This document shows, in pieces, positions 13,534 to 26,712 of a stretch of DNA of 64,000 nucleotides (positions are counted from its first letter, which is position 1; each line of letters opens with the position of its first letter). The notes beneath the pieces were generated by a model that ran no database searches, had not been told where the DNA came from, and saw nothing but the letters and a program-made list of their open reading frames with translations. Origin of the DNA: Octopus sinensis (lineage: Eukaryota). The stretch spans positions 1-64,000 of the forward strand of contig NW_021832599.1 of the NCBI RefSeq assembly GCF_006345805.1. Reading direction: 5' to 3'. The position numbers were made by a program, and so were the translations under genes.

Positions 13534-13681
13534 TATATATATATATATATATATATATCACCGGGACCGACCAGGCTATCAGATGTTGCTACACATCGCT
13601 GGTTACAATGCGCTTTGCATTGTTTTAGCCTTCAAGTGACGCCACCCCGTGTGTATATATATATATACACATATACATACA

Positions 13682-13837
13682 CAAAGGGTGCTGAAAAGTT
13701 CCTGGCTTTAAGGGTATCGTGAAAGGCCTGGTTGAATGCCCAAACTTTGAGAGGGGAATACGTTGACTACCATCATAATGAACTAATCTTCCTGTATTTC
13801 TTTTACCCAAACCCAGGAACTTTTCTACACCCACTCG
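13682..13837. mobile_element. Mariner-derived MITE
   Basis: TIRs gggtgctgaaaagttcctgg / ccaggaacttttctacaccc; homologous to 56326-56542. Confidence 0.7.
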
Positions 13838-13908
13838 TGTCGTATATATATGTACCGTTGGCGATTTTTTCCTCTGTCTTCCCTTCTCTGGATCTTTCCT
13901 TCTCCTAT

Positions 13909-13942
13909 GTTTCCGACGAAGAGCTCGCTCGAAACGTTAAAC
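13909..13942 (+). ncRNA. Minimal type-I hammerhead-like motif, variant core
   Basis: GTTT-CCGACGA-A-GAGC(TC)GCTC-GAAAC-GT-T-AAAC: stem I gttt/aaac, stem II GAGC/GCTC, loopless palindromic stem III. Core differs from CUGANGA (U4C, extra A). Confidence 0.45.
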
Positions 13943-14096
13943 CCTCCTTCTTTCCTTCTTTCCTGAGCGTCCAATATACTATATTTGTTCTACGTCGTCC
14001 TCGCGTTGTGTTGTGTTTTTTGTGCTTTCTTTCTTGTTTGGATTAACTATATATATATATATATATACAATAATATGTTACATTACTCGATAGTCA

Positions 14097-14156
14097 AGAT
14101 AAAACTCTGAGTTTCAGATGCCGAAGTGGGAATCCACGACATCTCTTCGGTTATCT
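14097..14156 (-). ncRNA. Type-I hammerhead-like motif with palindromic stem III
   Basis: Minus strand AGATAA-CCGAAGA-GATG..CATC-T-GAAAC-TC-A-GA-GT-T-TTATCT: perfect 6-bp stem I, long stem II, ACTC/GAGT stem III, NUH = GUU. Core has U4C. Confidence 0.55.
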
Positions 14157-14172
14157 GGCTATTTGAAAACGC

Positions 14173-14219
<47 letters not shown>

Positions 14220-14832
14220 ATCATGCTCAGAATTGAAAACCTACTAAGCTGCGGTATTCAAATCCAATAAACAGCCACCCAACGGCAGCAGGTGGCTCAA
14301 ATCCTTCGAGAACGATCCGTTTGAAGTCATTGCAAGCATTTGGATGTGTGTTTGTGTGTGTGGCGCTTTTTCCAATCAACCCAACCTCTTCTCATGTTAT
14401 GATGAGGATGGCGAAGTGAACTAAGGAGATCCAAAACAATGATTTTCGCGAGAGATGAAAGGAAGTCACGAAATAATTGAATGAAGGAAAGCAAAAAGGA
14501 GAAATAAAGAGAGACAGAGAAGTACTGTGAAGGAAGGAAGGAAGAATGGAGAAATCAAAATGAAGACGCTCGAATAAGGGAGAATTTTGGTTGACGATAA
14601 AGATTAAGACGATGAGAGATGGATAAATGGGAGCGAAGAATGATAGGTCAGAAGAGAAAGACATAATGGAGAGAGAGATATGAAAGAAATAAAGAGTTTG
14701 AACAGAAGAAAGAAAAGGGATAATTCAAAGGAAGGAAATAGAAAAATAATGACTGGTCTGTTGTTATCACTGGCTGAAGGTTCGTTAAACAGAAAGGCGG
14801 AATACTGGATTTAATCGATATTACTGGTGTGA

Positions 14833-15360
14833 AGACGTGTGGCTGGCCTAGTGGTTAGGGTAGCTACACTCACGATGGTAAACTCGTGATTTCAAATCCC
14901 AGGCCGGGTGCTGCATTGTGATTCTGAGCAAAACACTTCATTTCATGTTGCTCCATGTATAAATGATTCAGTTGTAAATGGGCTCCAGCAATAGCTGGGT
15001 GGAGGCACATCGCTTAGTGGTTAGAGCAGCGGACTCGCGGTCGAGGGATCGCGGGTTCGAATCTCCGACCGGGCGATGTTTGTGTTTATGAGCGAAACAC
15101 CTAAGCTCCACGCGGCTCCGGCAGAAGGTAATGGCGAACTTCTGCTGACTCTTTCGCCGCAACATTCTCTCACTCTTTCCTCCTGCGTCTTGCAGCTCAT
15201 CTGCGACGGACTGGCGTCCCGTCCAGGTGGGGAACCTATACGCCAAGGAAACCGGGAAACCGGCCCTTATGAGCCAGGCGTGGCTCGAGAAGGAACAAAC
15301 AAAAAATAGCTGGGAAGTTAAATCTGCAATGGACCGACGTCCCGTTCAGAGGAGAGGTGT
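14833..15360 (+). mobile_element. Old tRNA-derived SINE with V-domain-like 3' part, interrupted by a younger SINE
   Basis: Head ggcctagtggttaggg...tttcaaatccc; resumes after 15314 with tgcaatggaccgacgtcccgttcagagg (resembles the V-SINE core as I recall it). Confidence 0.55.
15000..15304 (+). mobile_element. Young tRNA-derived SINE (V-domain-like) nested in an older SINE
   Basis: A box gcttagtggttagag, B box gggttcgaatctcc, tgcgacggactggcgtcccgtccagg motif, A-rich tail; 10-bp TSD AATAGCTGGG (14990-14999 / 15305-15314). Confidence 0.85.
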
Positions 15361-15862
15361 TGTAAACTCAATCATTTGTACGTCATGAGAATAGCTTACG
15401 ACATACCTAAGTATATTACTGGTATATATTTGATTAACCCTCAAAGATGCAAAATAAAATTGGGCCAGGTGGAATTTGAACTCCGAAAGTAAAGCAAAAG
15501 ATTTATATCTCGGTGCGCTAACCGTTTCTTCGGAATTGGGAAACCATAAAGTATTAGGAGCTGGGAGTGGGTTCGATGATTGATTTATCGAATCAGATAT
15601 GAAGGGGACTGTGCCCGTGAGATTTTCTGGTCCTTTTGGACTTTAGGGTGATTCATCGAAAATTTGGGAGGGATTTCTAGTGCTACGTGGATCTGGAGAG
15701 AAAGGACTGAGAAACGTGTCTATCGTAAAGTTTGGAAGGTTAGAGAAGTGGAGATAATATGATACAGGTACTTAGGGTGGGTTAGCATGATTGTCAGGGT
15801 ACGAGTGATGACCATAGTTTTGTGGTGGTGGTGGTGGTGGTGGAGGTGGTTCTTACATGGTG

Positions 15863-15895
<33 letters not shown>

Positions 15896-16132
15896 CTTGC
15901 ATGGTGTTGATGTTATTGGTGGTGGTGGTTCTTGTATGGTGTTGGTGACTGTGGTATCGGTGATAGTAGTAGTGGCAGTGTTAGTAATGGTGTCGTGGTG
16001 GTGATGATAGTGTTGGTATTGATGATGGTAGTGGTGATAGGGATGGTGGTATTAAGAATGGATGTTGAGGTGATGATAGTGGTGACAGCGATAGTAGTGT
16101 AGTAGTAGTAGTAGTAGTAATAGTGATGTTGG

Positions 16133-16945
16133 CCGAAACGTTAGCACGCCGGGCGAAATGCTTAGCGGTATTTCTTTACTACCCACAAGGGGCTAAACAC
16201 AGAGGGGACGAACAAGGACAGACAAACGGATTAAGTTGATTATATCGACCCCAGTGCGTAACTGGTACTTATTTAATCGACCCCGAAAGGAAGAAAGCCA
16301 AAGTGGACCTCGGCGGAATTTGAACTCAGAACGTAACGGCAGACGAAATACCCATTTCTTTATTACCCACAAGGGGCTAAACATAGAGGGGACAAACAAG
16401 GACAGACATAGGTATTAAGTCGATTATATCGACCCCAGAGCGTAACTGGTACTTAATTTATCGACCCCGAAAGGATGAAAGGCAAAGTTGACCTCGGCGG
16501 AATTTGAACTCACAACGTAACGACAGACGAAATACCGCTAAGCATTTCAGCACGCCGGATGAAATGCTTAGCGGTATTTCGTCGTCGTTACGTTGTGAGT
16601 TCAAATTCCGCCGAGGTCAACTTTGCCTTTCATCCTTTCGGGGTCGATAAATTAAGTACCAGTTACGCACTGGGGTCGATATAATCGACTTAATACCTAT
16701 GTCTGTCCTTGTTTGTCCCCTCTATGTTTAGCCCCTTGTGGGTAATAAAGAAATGGGTATTTCGTCTGCCGTTACGTTCTGAGTTCAAATTCCGCCGAGG
16801 TCCACTTTGGCTTTCTTCCTTTCGGGGTCGATTAAATAAGTACCAGTTACGCACTGGGGTCGATATAATCAACTTAATCCGTTTGTCTGTCCTTGTTCGT
16901 CCCCTCTGTGTCTAGCCCCTTGTGGGTAGTAAAGAAATAGGTATT
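16133..16945. mobile_element. SINE family A fold-back: + head, inverted dimer, 12-nt loop, + dimer
   Basis: Arms ~16170-16547 and 16560-16945 are reverse complements with about 2 mismatches seen; centre gcatttc-agcacgccggat-gaaatgc. Confidence 0.9.
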
Positions 16946-17174
16946 ACTGATGATGATGATGACAACGATTAAGGTGTTGGTGGTGGTGGTGGATTTAGTG
17001 GTGGTCACGGTGGAGATGGTCGTGGTGTTTTAATGGATGGGCTTATAAAAGTGGAAGTGGCATTGGTGTGTATATGTGTTGTATGTATATGTGTGTCTGT
17101 TTGTGTATGCTCACTCAAATATGTTTGTATATATCAATATATACCTGTCTCTCTCTATATATATATAGTCATAT

Positions 17175-17558
17175 GGAGGCGCAATGGCCCAGTGGTTAGG
17201 GCAGCGGACTCGCGGTCATAGGATCGCGGTTTCGATTCCCAGACCGGGCGTTGTGAGTGTTTATTGAGCGAAAACACCTAAAAGCTCCACGAGGCACCGG
17301 CAAGGATGGTGGTGATCCCTGCTGTACTCTTTCGCCACAACTTTCTCTCACTCTTACTTCCTGTTTCTGTTGTACCTGTATTTCAAGGGCCCGGCCTTGT
17401 CACTCTCTGTGTCACGCTGAATATCCCCGAGAACTACGTTAAGGGTGCATGTGTCTGTGGAGTGCTCAGCCACTTACACGTTAATTTCAGAAGCAGGCTG
17501 TTCCGTTGATTCGGATCAACCGGAACCCTCATCGTCGTAACCGACGGAGTGCTTCCAC
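17175..17558 (+). mobile_element. tRNA-derived SINE sharing its head with 15000-15304 but with a different 3' module
   Basis: A/B boxes ggcccagtggttagg / ggtttcgattccc; 12-bp TSD ATATAGTCATAT (17163-17174 / 17559-17570). Confidence 0.85.
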
Positions 17559-17759
17559 ATATAGTCATATATCTTTATACAAGTGTGTGTGTGTGTGTGT
17601 GTGTGTGTACGTGTGTGTTAACTAACAAGAAGTGCTTCGTGTACTGCTTGTTAGCCAACTATGTTTAACAGGTTCATGTACATTCGGACGTGGAAAGACC
17701 TTCGCTGCTGAAATTGTCTCAGGAGAAAACTTCCTCTTATGTATGTGAAAATATCATTA

Positions 17760-18840
<1,081 letters not shown>

Positions 18841-19043
18841 TCTTTTGAAAATTTTTCATTCTTTGTTTGTCTAATGTATTGTGAAGCTTTTGTTTTGGTA
18901 TTAACGTTACTTTATAGCATTTTTATTTTATATCTTCCTATCTTCTCTCATTTTCTCTTCCTTTTTGCTCTTTTCTCTTTTCTCTTTTTCATCTTTCATT
19001 TTTTCTTTTTTCATTTCGGTTCTTTTATTTCTAATTATTTCTT

Positions 19044-19085
<42 letters not shown>

Positions 19086-19228
19086 CCTCTCTCTCTCTCT
19101 CCTTCACTTCTCTCTCCTTTCTCTTTCATTTTTTATTCATCTAAAACTCGGTCCGAGCCAGGAATGAGAAACTGGTGAATGAGAGAAAGAAACTGGGTAT
19201 TACACGTGTGTGTGTGGTGTGTATGTGT

Positions 19229-19269
<41 letters not shown>

Positions 19270-20028
19270 CGTGTGTGCACGCGCGCGCGAGTGAGGTGTG
19301 TGTTTGAACGTCTATATATATGTGTGTGTGTGTACATATGTGTGTGTACATGTGTGTGTATGAATGTGTGTGTATGCATATGTGTATGTATATATGTGTG
19401 TGCGTGTGCATCTTTGTATGTATATGTGTAAATGTTGAGAGAGAGAGGGAGAAAGAGAAAGAGTGCGGAGAGCAAGAATGAAATGTTGGTATGGAATAGA
19501 GATTCAAGCTTTCATATACACAGACTCACAGACTCACAGACACACAGACATTTAGATAGACAGAGCAAAAAGACAGAGCAAAAGAAATATTTCTCCTCCG
19601 TCGCAGCCGTCTTTACCACAAGCACCATCATCAGCACTACTGCCGCACAAGCAGTAACAACAATAGCAACAACAACAACAACAACAACAATAACTGCATC
19701 AGTATCAGCAGCATCAGCAGCAGCAGCGGCGGCAGCAGCCATTTTTGCCTTTGAAGTCGGTTAACATCAAAGGAAGTCGGATTAGTGTTTCTTCAACGGA
19801 AGACAAAACTACTAACATCTCTTTAGTCATTGAATAAAACAAGATATTTGTGTGTAGCCATTACGACTGCCACCGCCGCCAGTGCCACCACCACCACCGC
19901 CACCGCCGCCGCCGCCGCCACCACTACCACCGCCACCACCACTTCTGGCTCCACCACTGCAGCAACTCTTACTACTACTACTACCACGACTTAAAAAATA
20001 AAAAAAACATCTCCACATCACTACCACC

Positions 20029-20081
<53 letters not shown>

Positions 20082-20175
20082 AACTAGTACTACTGCTACT
20101 ACTACTACTACTACTACTAACTAACAGCATCTCCACTACGAACCCCATCACCACCACCCGCAACAGCAGCGCCAC

Positions 20176-20584
20176 CTATTTCTTTACTACCGACAAGGGG
20201 CTAAACACAGAGAGGACAAACAAGGACAGACGAACGGATTAAGTCGATTACATCGACCTCAGTGCGTAACTCGTACTTAATTTATCGACCCCCTAAATGA
20301 TGAAAGGCAAAGTCGACCTCGGCGGAATTTGAACTCACAACGTAAAGACAGACGAAATACCTATTTCTTTACTACCCACAAGGGGATAAACACAGAGAGG
20401 ACAAACAAGGACAGACGAACGGATTAAGTCGATTATGTCGACCCCAGTACGTAACTGGTACTTATTTAATCGACCTCGAAAGGATGAAAGGCAAAGTCGA
20501 CCTCGGCAGAATTTGAACTCAGAACGTAACGGCAGACGAAATACGGTTACGCATTTCGCCCGGCGTGCTAACGTTTCTGCCAGC
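20176..20584 (-). mobile_element. SINE family A dimer with head
   Basis: Two units plus head gcatttcgcccggcgtgctaacgtttctgccagc, inside a (CCA)n tract. Confidence 0.88.
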
Positions 20585-21164
20585 AGCACCACCACCACCA
20601 TCATCAACTCCCACTACCACAACCTCTACCTCCTTCTCCTTCACCACCACCCCTATTACCCCTATCACAATCACCACCACAATTTCCAACATCGCCAGCA
20701 CCACCATCATCATGATCACCATTGCCTCACCACAACCTCTAGCACCACCATAATACCAGCCGCTATCCAATCACTGTCACACCACCTATGTCATCAATAC
20801 AATCAACATGAAGGACCGATGCTCGACTTGCTAGAAACACCAACCAAATATCCCTTAACTATCTCTCTACTGTCTTAAGTAAGGAAAGGACAAAATAATA
20901 TAGTCTTTCCATAACTCTAAAAATGATGAGATGGTCACATGACAAATTTGCTTTATCAGGAATGATTCGGGACTAACAAAACAAAAACAACGCTGAGGAT
21001 TTCCTCTTCGTAACTTTGGCTAAGAACCAGTCAGGCAGCAAGGAGCTTTTGGATGAAATATCCAAGACAACTGTTCCTGATTCCCAATCATTCTGAGTTT
21101 GTAACATACTGGAACAAACTAAAATACGATGTACCTCACATGGTAATTTTAGAAAAAAAAAGGG

Positions 21165-21927
21165 GGTACTTTTTGGTTATCTCACGCCCATTACAAAATT
21201 GGGTTATTTCACCCCGTTTTACGAGAAATATCGGTACTTTTGGTTATCTCCCCCAACAGAAAACTTGTTTAACCCTCAATAAAAAAAAAAAAACGAAAAT
21301 ATTGGCTGTGTGGTAACATGGTTCCGGGTTCAGTCCCACTGCGTGGCATCTTGGCAAGTGTCTTCTGCTATAGCCCCGGCCGACCAATGCCTTGTGAGTA
21401 GATTTGGTAGACGGAAACTGAAAGAAGCCTGTCGTATATGTATATAGATATATATAAGTGTGTGTGTATATGTTTGTCTGTCTGTGTTTGTCCCCTAGCA
21501 TTGCTTGACAACCGATGCTGGTGTGGTTACGTCCCCCCGTCACTTAGCGGTTCGGCAGAGAGAGTGATAGAATAAGTACTGGGCTTACAAAGAATAAGTC
21601 CCGGGTCGATTTGCTCGACTAAAGGCGGTGCTCCAGCATGGCCGCAGTCAATGACTGAAACAGTAAAAGAGTAAAAGAGTAAAAGAGAGAGTATGAAAAC
21701 TGACAAAAATTAAACATCTTACAGAATCTGATAGCATTTTTATAACAATTCATTCCATTCCTATTGAAGTGGCAAAAAGTCAACAATGTGTTGAAGTATT
21801 GAATCAAAAGGATCGAACTCTTTTAATCCAATCTCTTGTTGCAACATTAACTCATCATTTTAGTGGGGAGATAACCCAATTTTTAATGACAATTTTTTAA
21901 TGGGGGTGAGATAACCAAAAAGTACCA
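21165..21927. mobile_element. Inverted-repeat (MITE-like) element of unknown superfamily, interrupted by a SINE
   Basis: ggtactttttggttatctcac (twice, ~21165 and ~21234) inverted to gtgagataaccaaaaagtacc (~21907-21927); related gggagataacccaattt at ~21866. Confidence 0.45.
21301..21690 (+). mobile_element. SINE family B, near full length
   Basis: tggctgtgtggtaa head, ggttcagtccc B box, internal (TA/TG)n, (GTAAAAGA)n tail. Confidence 0.88.
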
Positions 21928-24736
21928 AAAATGCAGCTTGATAGTTTACAATTTAGAAAACATATATAGAAAATTATTGTTTATCATCGACTTGTGAGGA
22001 TGCCGAATGGTTAAGAAATTCGTTATACATTCACTTGATTTCGGGGTCAAGGAACATCCTGGATAAGCGTCTTATGTCATTTTCTCGGGTCCCCATCTTC
22101 CTGAGGAAGATGGTGGCCCAAATAAATAGGTCTATTTTTAGCATTCGGCAGTAAAGTATCGAACGAAACTAAGAGAGAGAGAGTACTAGCTCTTGGCAGG
22201 AAGTTAAATATGGGATCTGTGGGATTCTCTGATTGACCCTAAATGGTGGTTTCCCTTTCGGGATACATTTTTCTTTCATTAACTCTTTTATATTTACACC
22301 GTTGTTTTTTTTTATACCTGCTTCCAATTCATAGTCTTCTCTGTAATCCTCCCCTCATCTTTGTAATCTGTCTTTGTAGTTCTCCACCATTGGTTACCCT
22401 TGTGCTGTGAAAAAAGCAATGAGCTGGTAGAATTATTAAAGCGTCGAAAAACTGCTTTGTAGTATTTCTCCCGGATTTTCACTTCTGAGTTCAAATCCAC
22501 AGTAAAAATAACCAAACGCACAACCAGGCCTTCTACTCAACTCACTGTTGCACCAGAAAGAAATAGTAAATAAAAAACAACTTAGAGATTAAATATAAGC
22601 AAAAGGAGAAATTCTTGAAGAATTAGTTCTAAAACAACCCTGAGATAGACTTCTGGTGAAGCTTTCACTACATGAGTGTCCTGCAAAACTTTTCCTATAT
22701 AAAGCAAGATTTTCTGAAAAAGATCAGACAAAGAACAATTAGAGCGGACTTTGAAAGCTCTCTTCTCTGCCAAGAATTATCCAGTCTTCAAGATAAGTGT
22801 GAATTTTCGCCTTTTCTCCGCCCCAACAAGGACCATATATAGAGTTTGTGGAGTAAAAATTCACAACACTTGCGGTTGGCCTGCAAGCAAGATCTGTTGC
22901 TTACTGCCTTCAGGTCATTACTTATAGAAGCGGTAACTATTAGCAAAACCAAGATTTTGATATAGATATTCACGCTTCTCGATGATTACAAAATGTAGGT
23001 TTCTTTCAGTCGCCCTGACCGAATGGGGTGGTAATGGTGTTTCAAAAATGGTGCTGATGAAAAGCCAGTGGCCTTGGACAAGTTAAGACCGGCAGCGAAA
23101 ACAGTGTCTTTAGACGAGTGTCTGTTTGTGCCACGACTAGGGCAGCGTAACCGGGAGGACTTTTCCAGGCGTCTAAAAACATTCTTGGGGACGTCCCCGT
23201 CATTAGTATTAGCGGGTGTGTAAAACCAACACCCCATCTCTGGTAGTTCCAACACGCCAATCTGGGTTGTATAAATCGTATCCAGGTAAAGTATTTGTTA
23301 GTTCAGCGGATAAGGGTAGCTTAAACTACCCACAATTTCGGTTGATGGTCTATGTAGACCGCAAGTCTGTTATCTGCACGGTATCTGTTATCTGCACGGT
23401 AAACTGAGATAAGATACAACGATAGGAAACCAGCTACAGGAAAGTGAGCACGTTGTTTCCGGTAGGATGCCTACAGCAACGGTTCTCTGACAGCGAAACG
23501 TTCATAAAAGGGAAAACTTCGGTCGTGGTGGTAATTAAAACACGCCCCCCCCCACCGAATAACTGACACATCACACCATTATTAGCATAAGCACTACGTA
23601 TAATCAAGTCTTCCGCTAAACTGCTGCATAATACGTGATACGTTGTGTGGAGATATTTGAAATATGCGGCACAAAGCAATCCGTTCTTGGTTCTGAACCT
23701 GAATTGGCAAATATATGACTTCTTTTCAAAAGAGATTAACTATTCACCCCTGAGTTCGACTGATCTGAACAATAGAGTGATATTGTAAATATTAAATCAT
23801 AAATAGTAGATTCACTTATTCGCTTCTCTACATATTTACCTGCAAGCCGTCATGTTGCCAGTGGTGTATGTAATTAGCCATTTGGGGATTTCATCACCAG
23901 CTCACGACAGAACTTTAAACACTAGCAATCAGTAAAACAGCCAACTGTTAACCACAGCTCACAGATCTTGATCTTCCTTGCAGGGACTAATCGCATGAAT
24001 ATCGACATACGAACGAAAGCACTATTTTAACAAGCCACAAGCCATTGACGCTTAACAGTTTACAGCTACAAGCTAGAGCAGCGGAAACGACTGCTAGGCA
24101 CCGCAAGCCATTGCAGTTTGTTCAGCATACAGTTACAAACCATTTGTAACTTACACAACTTTTAGTCACACTCCATTGCATCGTATGCAATTTACAGTTA
24201 CAAGCCAACGCAACTTTTGCAGCTCATAGTTACGCATACTTTGACGTCCGTTGCAACAACAGAACCTCGAATAGGAGTCTTGCTTTAGCGCTTCAAAATA
24301 CGAGACGCGTGAATAATTAACTTGAACACTAATTTATAACTGTCAGATTCTGTAAAAGCATGTGTATTTTTCTCCTTTTCCAAGCCTCTCTAAAAAAGAT
24401 TCGTAATACACAAGAGTCTAACGTATTTTCTATACTTGAATTATTTAATAGAAATTGATTCGAGAACTTTTTATATAACGTATGAACAGTTCAAAGTAAT
24501 ATCAAAACATTACTCGTAACTGATGTTTTATATAACACATAAATACCTATATCATATTAGTTTAATCTGTGGTCCTATATTATTTGCAATAAAAATTATT
24601 CTATGACTTAGGCTAGACAGTTCTAAAACACCAAAATCAGAACAGAGTATGAGATGATAAATAAAGAGATAAATTAATAAATAAATACTTACACACACAG
24701 ACATATGCATACACACACATATGTATATGTGTGTGT

Positions 24737-24776
<40 letters not shown>

Positions 24777-24815
24777 GAGTTTGTATGTGTGTGTGTGAGT
24801 ATATACATTCATATA

Positions 24816-25645
24816 CGTGGTCTGATCAATAAGTATCCGGACGGTTCCTACAGTAGCTAAGCTAAAGCATGAACTCTGCGCATTAAGTTTTAACGTTCTA
24901 GCTTACTTCCGTTGTTTATAGCAGAGTTTCGAAGGAAGGTGTGTAGCGTGTGATCATTGCATTGACCATGACAGAGAAAACTAAGCAGAGAATCTACATC
25001 AAATTTTGCCAAAAGCTTGGTGATACCTGCTCAGAGGCCTACACACAGTTTTCAAAACGTTTTCATCGATCTCGACACTGTCAAAGAGATCTTGTACAAC
25101 TGGAACCCGGGTGTCATTTTGGTCAGCTGAAAGCAGTTTTGGCACAAACTTGGCAGACACATGTCTCGTACCCAAATCTTCAGTGGACTGAACTGAACCG
25201 TAACTAATTTGCATATCCTCTGATAACTCACAGATGGTGATTCGACGATTTCCCATCACAGCTGCACGCACATCTGCGATGTTTTTCTCAGTTCTGCTGG
25301 TTGCGGGTCTCCCAGAACGTTCGTCAATGTTGACAGTTTTTCGGCCATACTGCAAGCGTCTGAACCACTCGTACACTTGTGTGCGGCTCATACACTCCTC
25401 TCCATACACTTTCTGCAACATTGCGCAGGCCTCTGAGCAGGTATCGCCAAGACAACTTTCTCTCTCACGGTCAATGCTATTAACCTTCCTTCCAAGCACT
25501 GCTGTATACAGTGGAAGTGAGCTAAAACGTTAAAACTAAGTGCGCATGCACAGCAGAGTTCAAGGTCAATTTTCCCAAGCGGCTTTACTCTTCGTGCTTT
25601 AGCTTCGTGACTATGGCAACAGTCCAGATACTTATTGGTCAAACG
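24816..25645. mobile_element. Rearranged mariner element made of two 5' halves in inverted orientation
   Basis: TA-flanked TIRs cgtggtctgatcaataagtatccggac / gtccagatacttattggtcaaacg; + strand MTEKTKQRIYIKFCQKLGDTCSEAY; - strand LGDTCSEACAMLQKVYGEECMSRTQVYEWF...ERSGRP...SAKFVPKLL. Confidence 0.85.
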
Positions 25646-25651
25646 TATATA

Positions 25652-25701
<50 letters not shown>

Positions 25702-26487
25702 AAACTTAGATATGTTCCGACCAAAGATTGGTCCAGGCCATATATATATATATATAATATATAATATATATATATATTATATATATATATATATATAATA
25801 TATATTATATATATATAAAATAAAATAGAACATATGCATATATATAAACATATATGTACGTACCTACCTCTACATGTACATATACACGCATATATGTGTA
25901 CAGGACACCAAAAAGACGTCGAACACATAGAGAGACGAAACACATAGACACAAACCAAGGAACAAGACAAGCAAAAAAAAGAGAGAGATACAGGACATAA
26001 GCACAACGAAAAATCCCTTCTTCAGTCGCTAAGGTTTCATCTACTAAACGTTTCGAAGGATAAAAGCGAGACGTATACTTCGAAGAAAACTTCCTTCCCG
26101 CGAAAAGCAAATCAATTAAAATTCTGAGATCTTTTCGCAGAGGGGTAAAATATATATATATATATATATGTATGTATCGGGCGGCTTTTAAGCTAGCTCC
26201 TGTGGAGGGCTCTTCATTGGTCCTTGGGCTCAACAGTGACACTTCATGCATTGAGTACATATCAAATCTTATTAAACTTGGCCAAGCCATGAACAATTTT
26301 TCATCAAAACAACTTGGAATTTATAGCAAAGCTGCATGATAAACAACAATTTTTTGTCATACCATTCCAGTGTCAGTACAATTTTTTTCTATCTAACCTC
26401 TTTCTCTCTCTCTCCCTCCCTCTCTCTCTCTCTTTTTCTCTCTCTGTTGATTGTTTTCAACCATCACCATCAGCATCACCAGTACCA

Positions 26488-26712
26488 CCTATTTCTTTAC
26501 TACCCACAAGGGGCTAAACACAGAGCGGACAAACAAGGACAGACATAGGTATTAAGTCAATTACATCGACCCCAGTGCGTAACTGGTACTTAATTTATCG
26601 ACCCCGAAAGGATGAAAGGCAAAGTCGACCTCGGCGGAATTTGAACTCACAACGTAACGCAGACGAAATACCGCTAAGCATTTCGCCCAGCGTGCTAACG
26701 TTTCTGCCAGCC
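26488..26712 (-). mobile_element. SINE family A monomer with head
   Basis: One unit plus head in a (CAC/CAT)n context. Confidence 0.88.

Noticed and set aside
15000-15075. tRNA genes (also the heads at 17175, 21301, 28706, 34600)
   Set aside because: tRNA-like A/B boxes run on into SINE bodies with TSDs; no complete cloverleaf acceptor stem.
23042-23260. dUTPase-like PPGYAALVV motif
   Set aside because: Only a short resemblance; the other conserved dUTPase motifs are absent.
26010-26090. CTGAAGA and CGAAACGT motifs on the minus strand
   Set aside because: They are in the wrong order and spacing for one hammerhead; at most a decayed relic.
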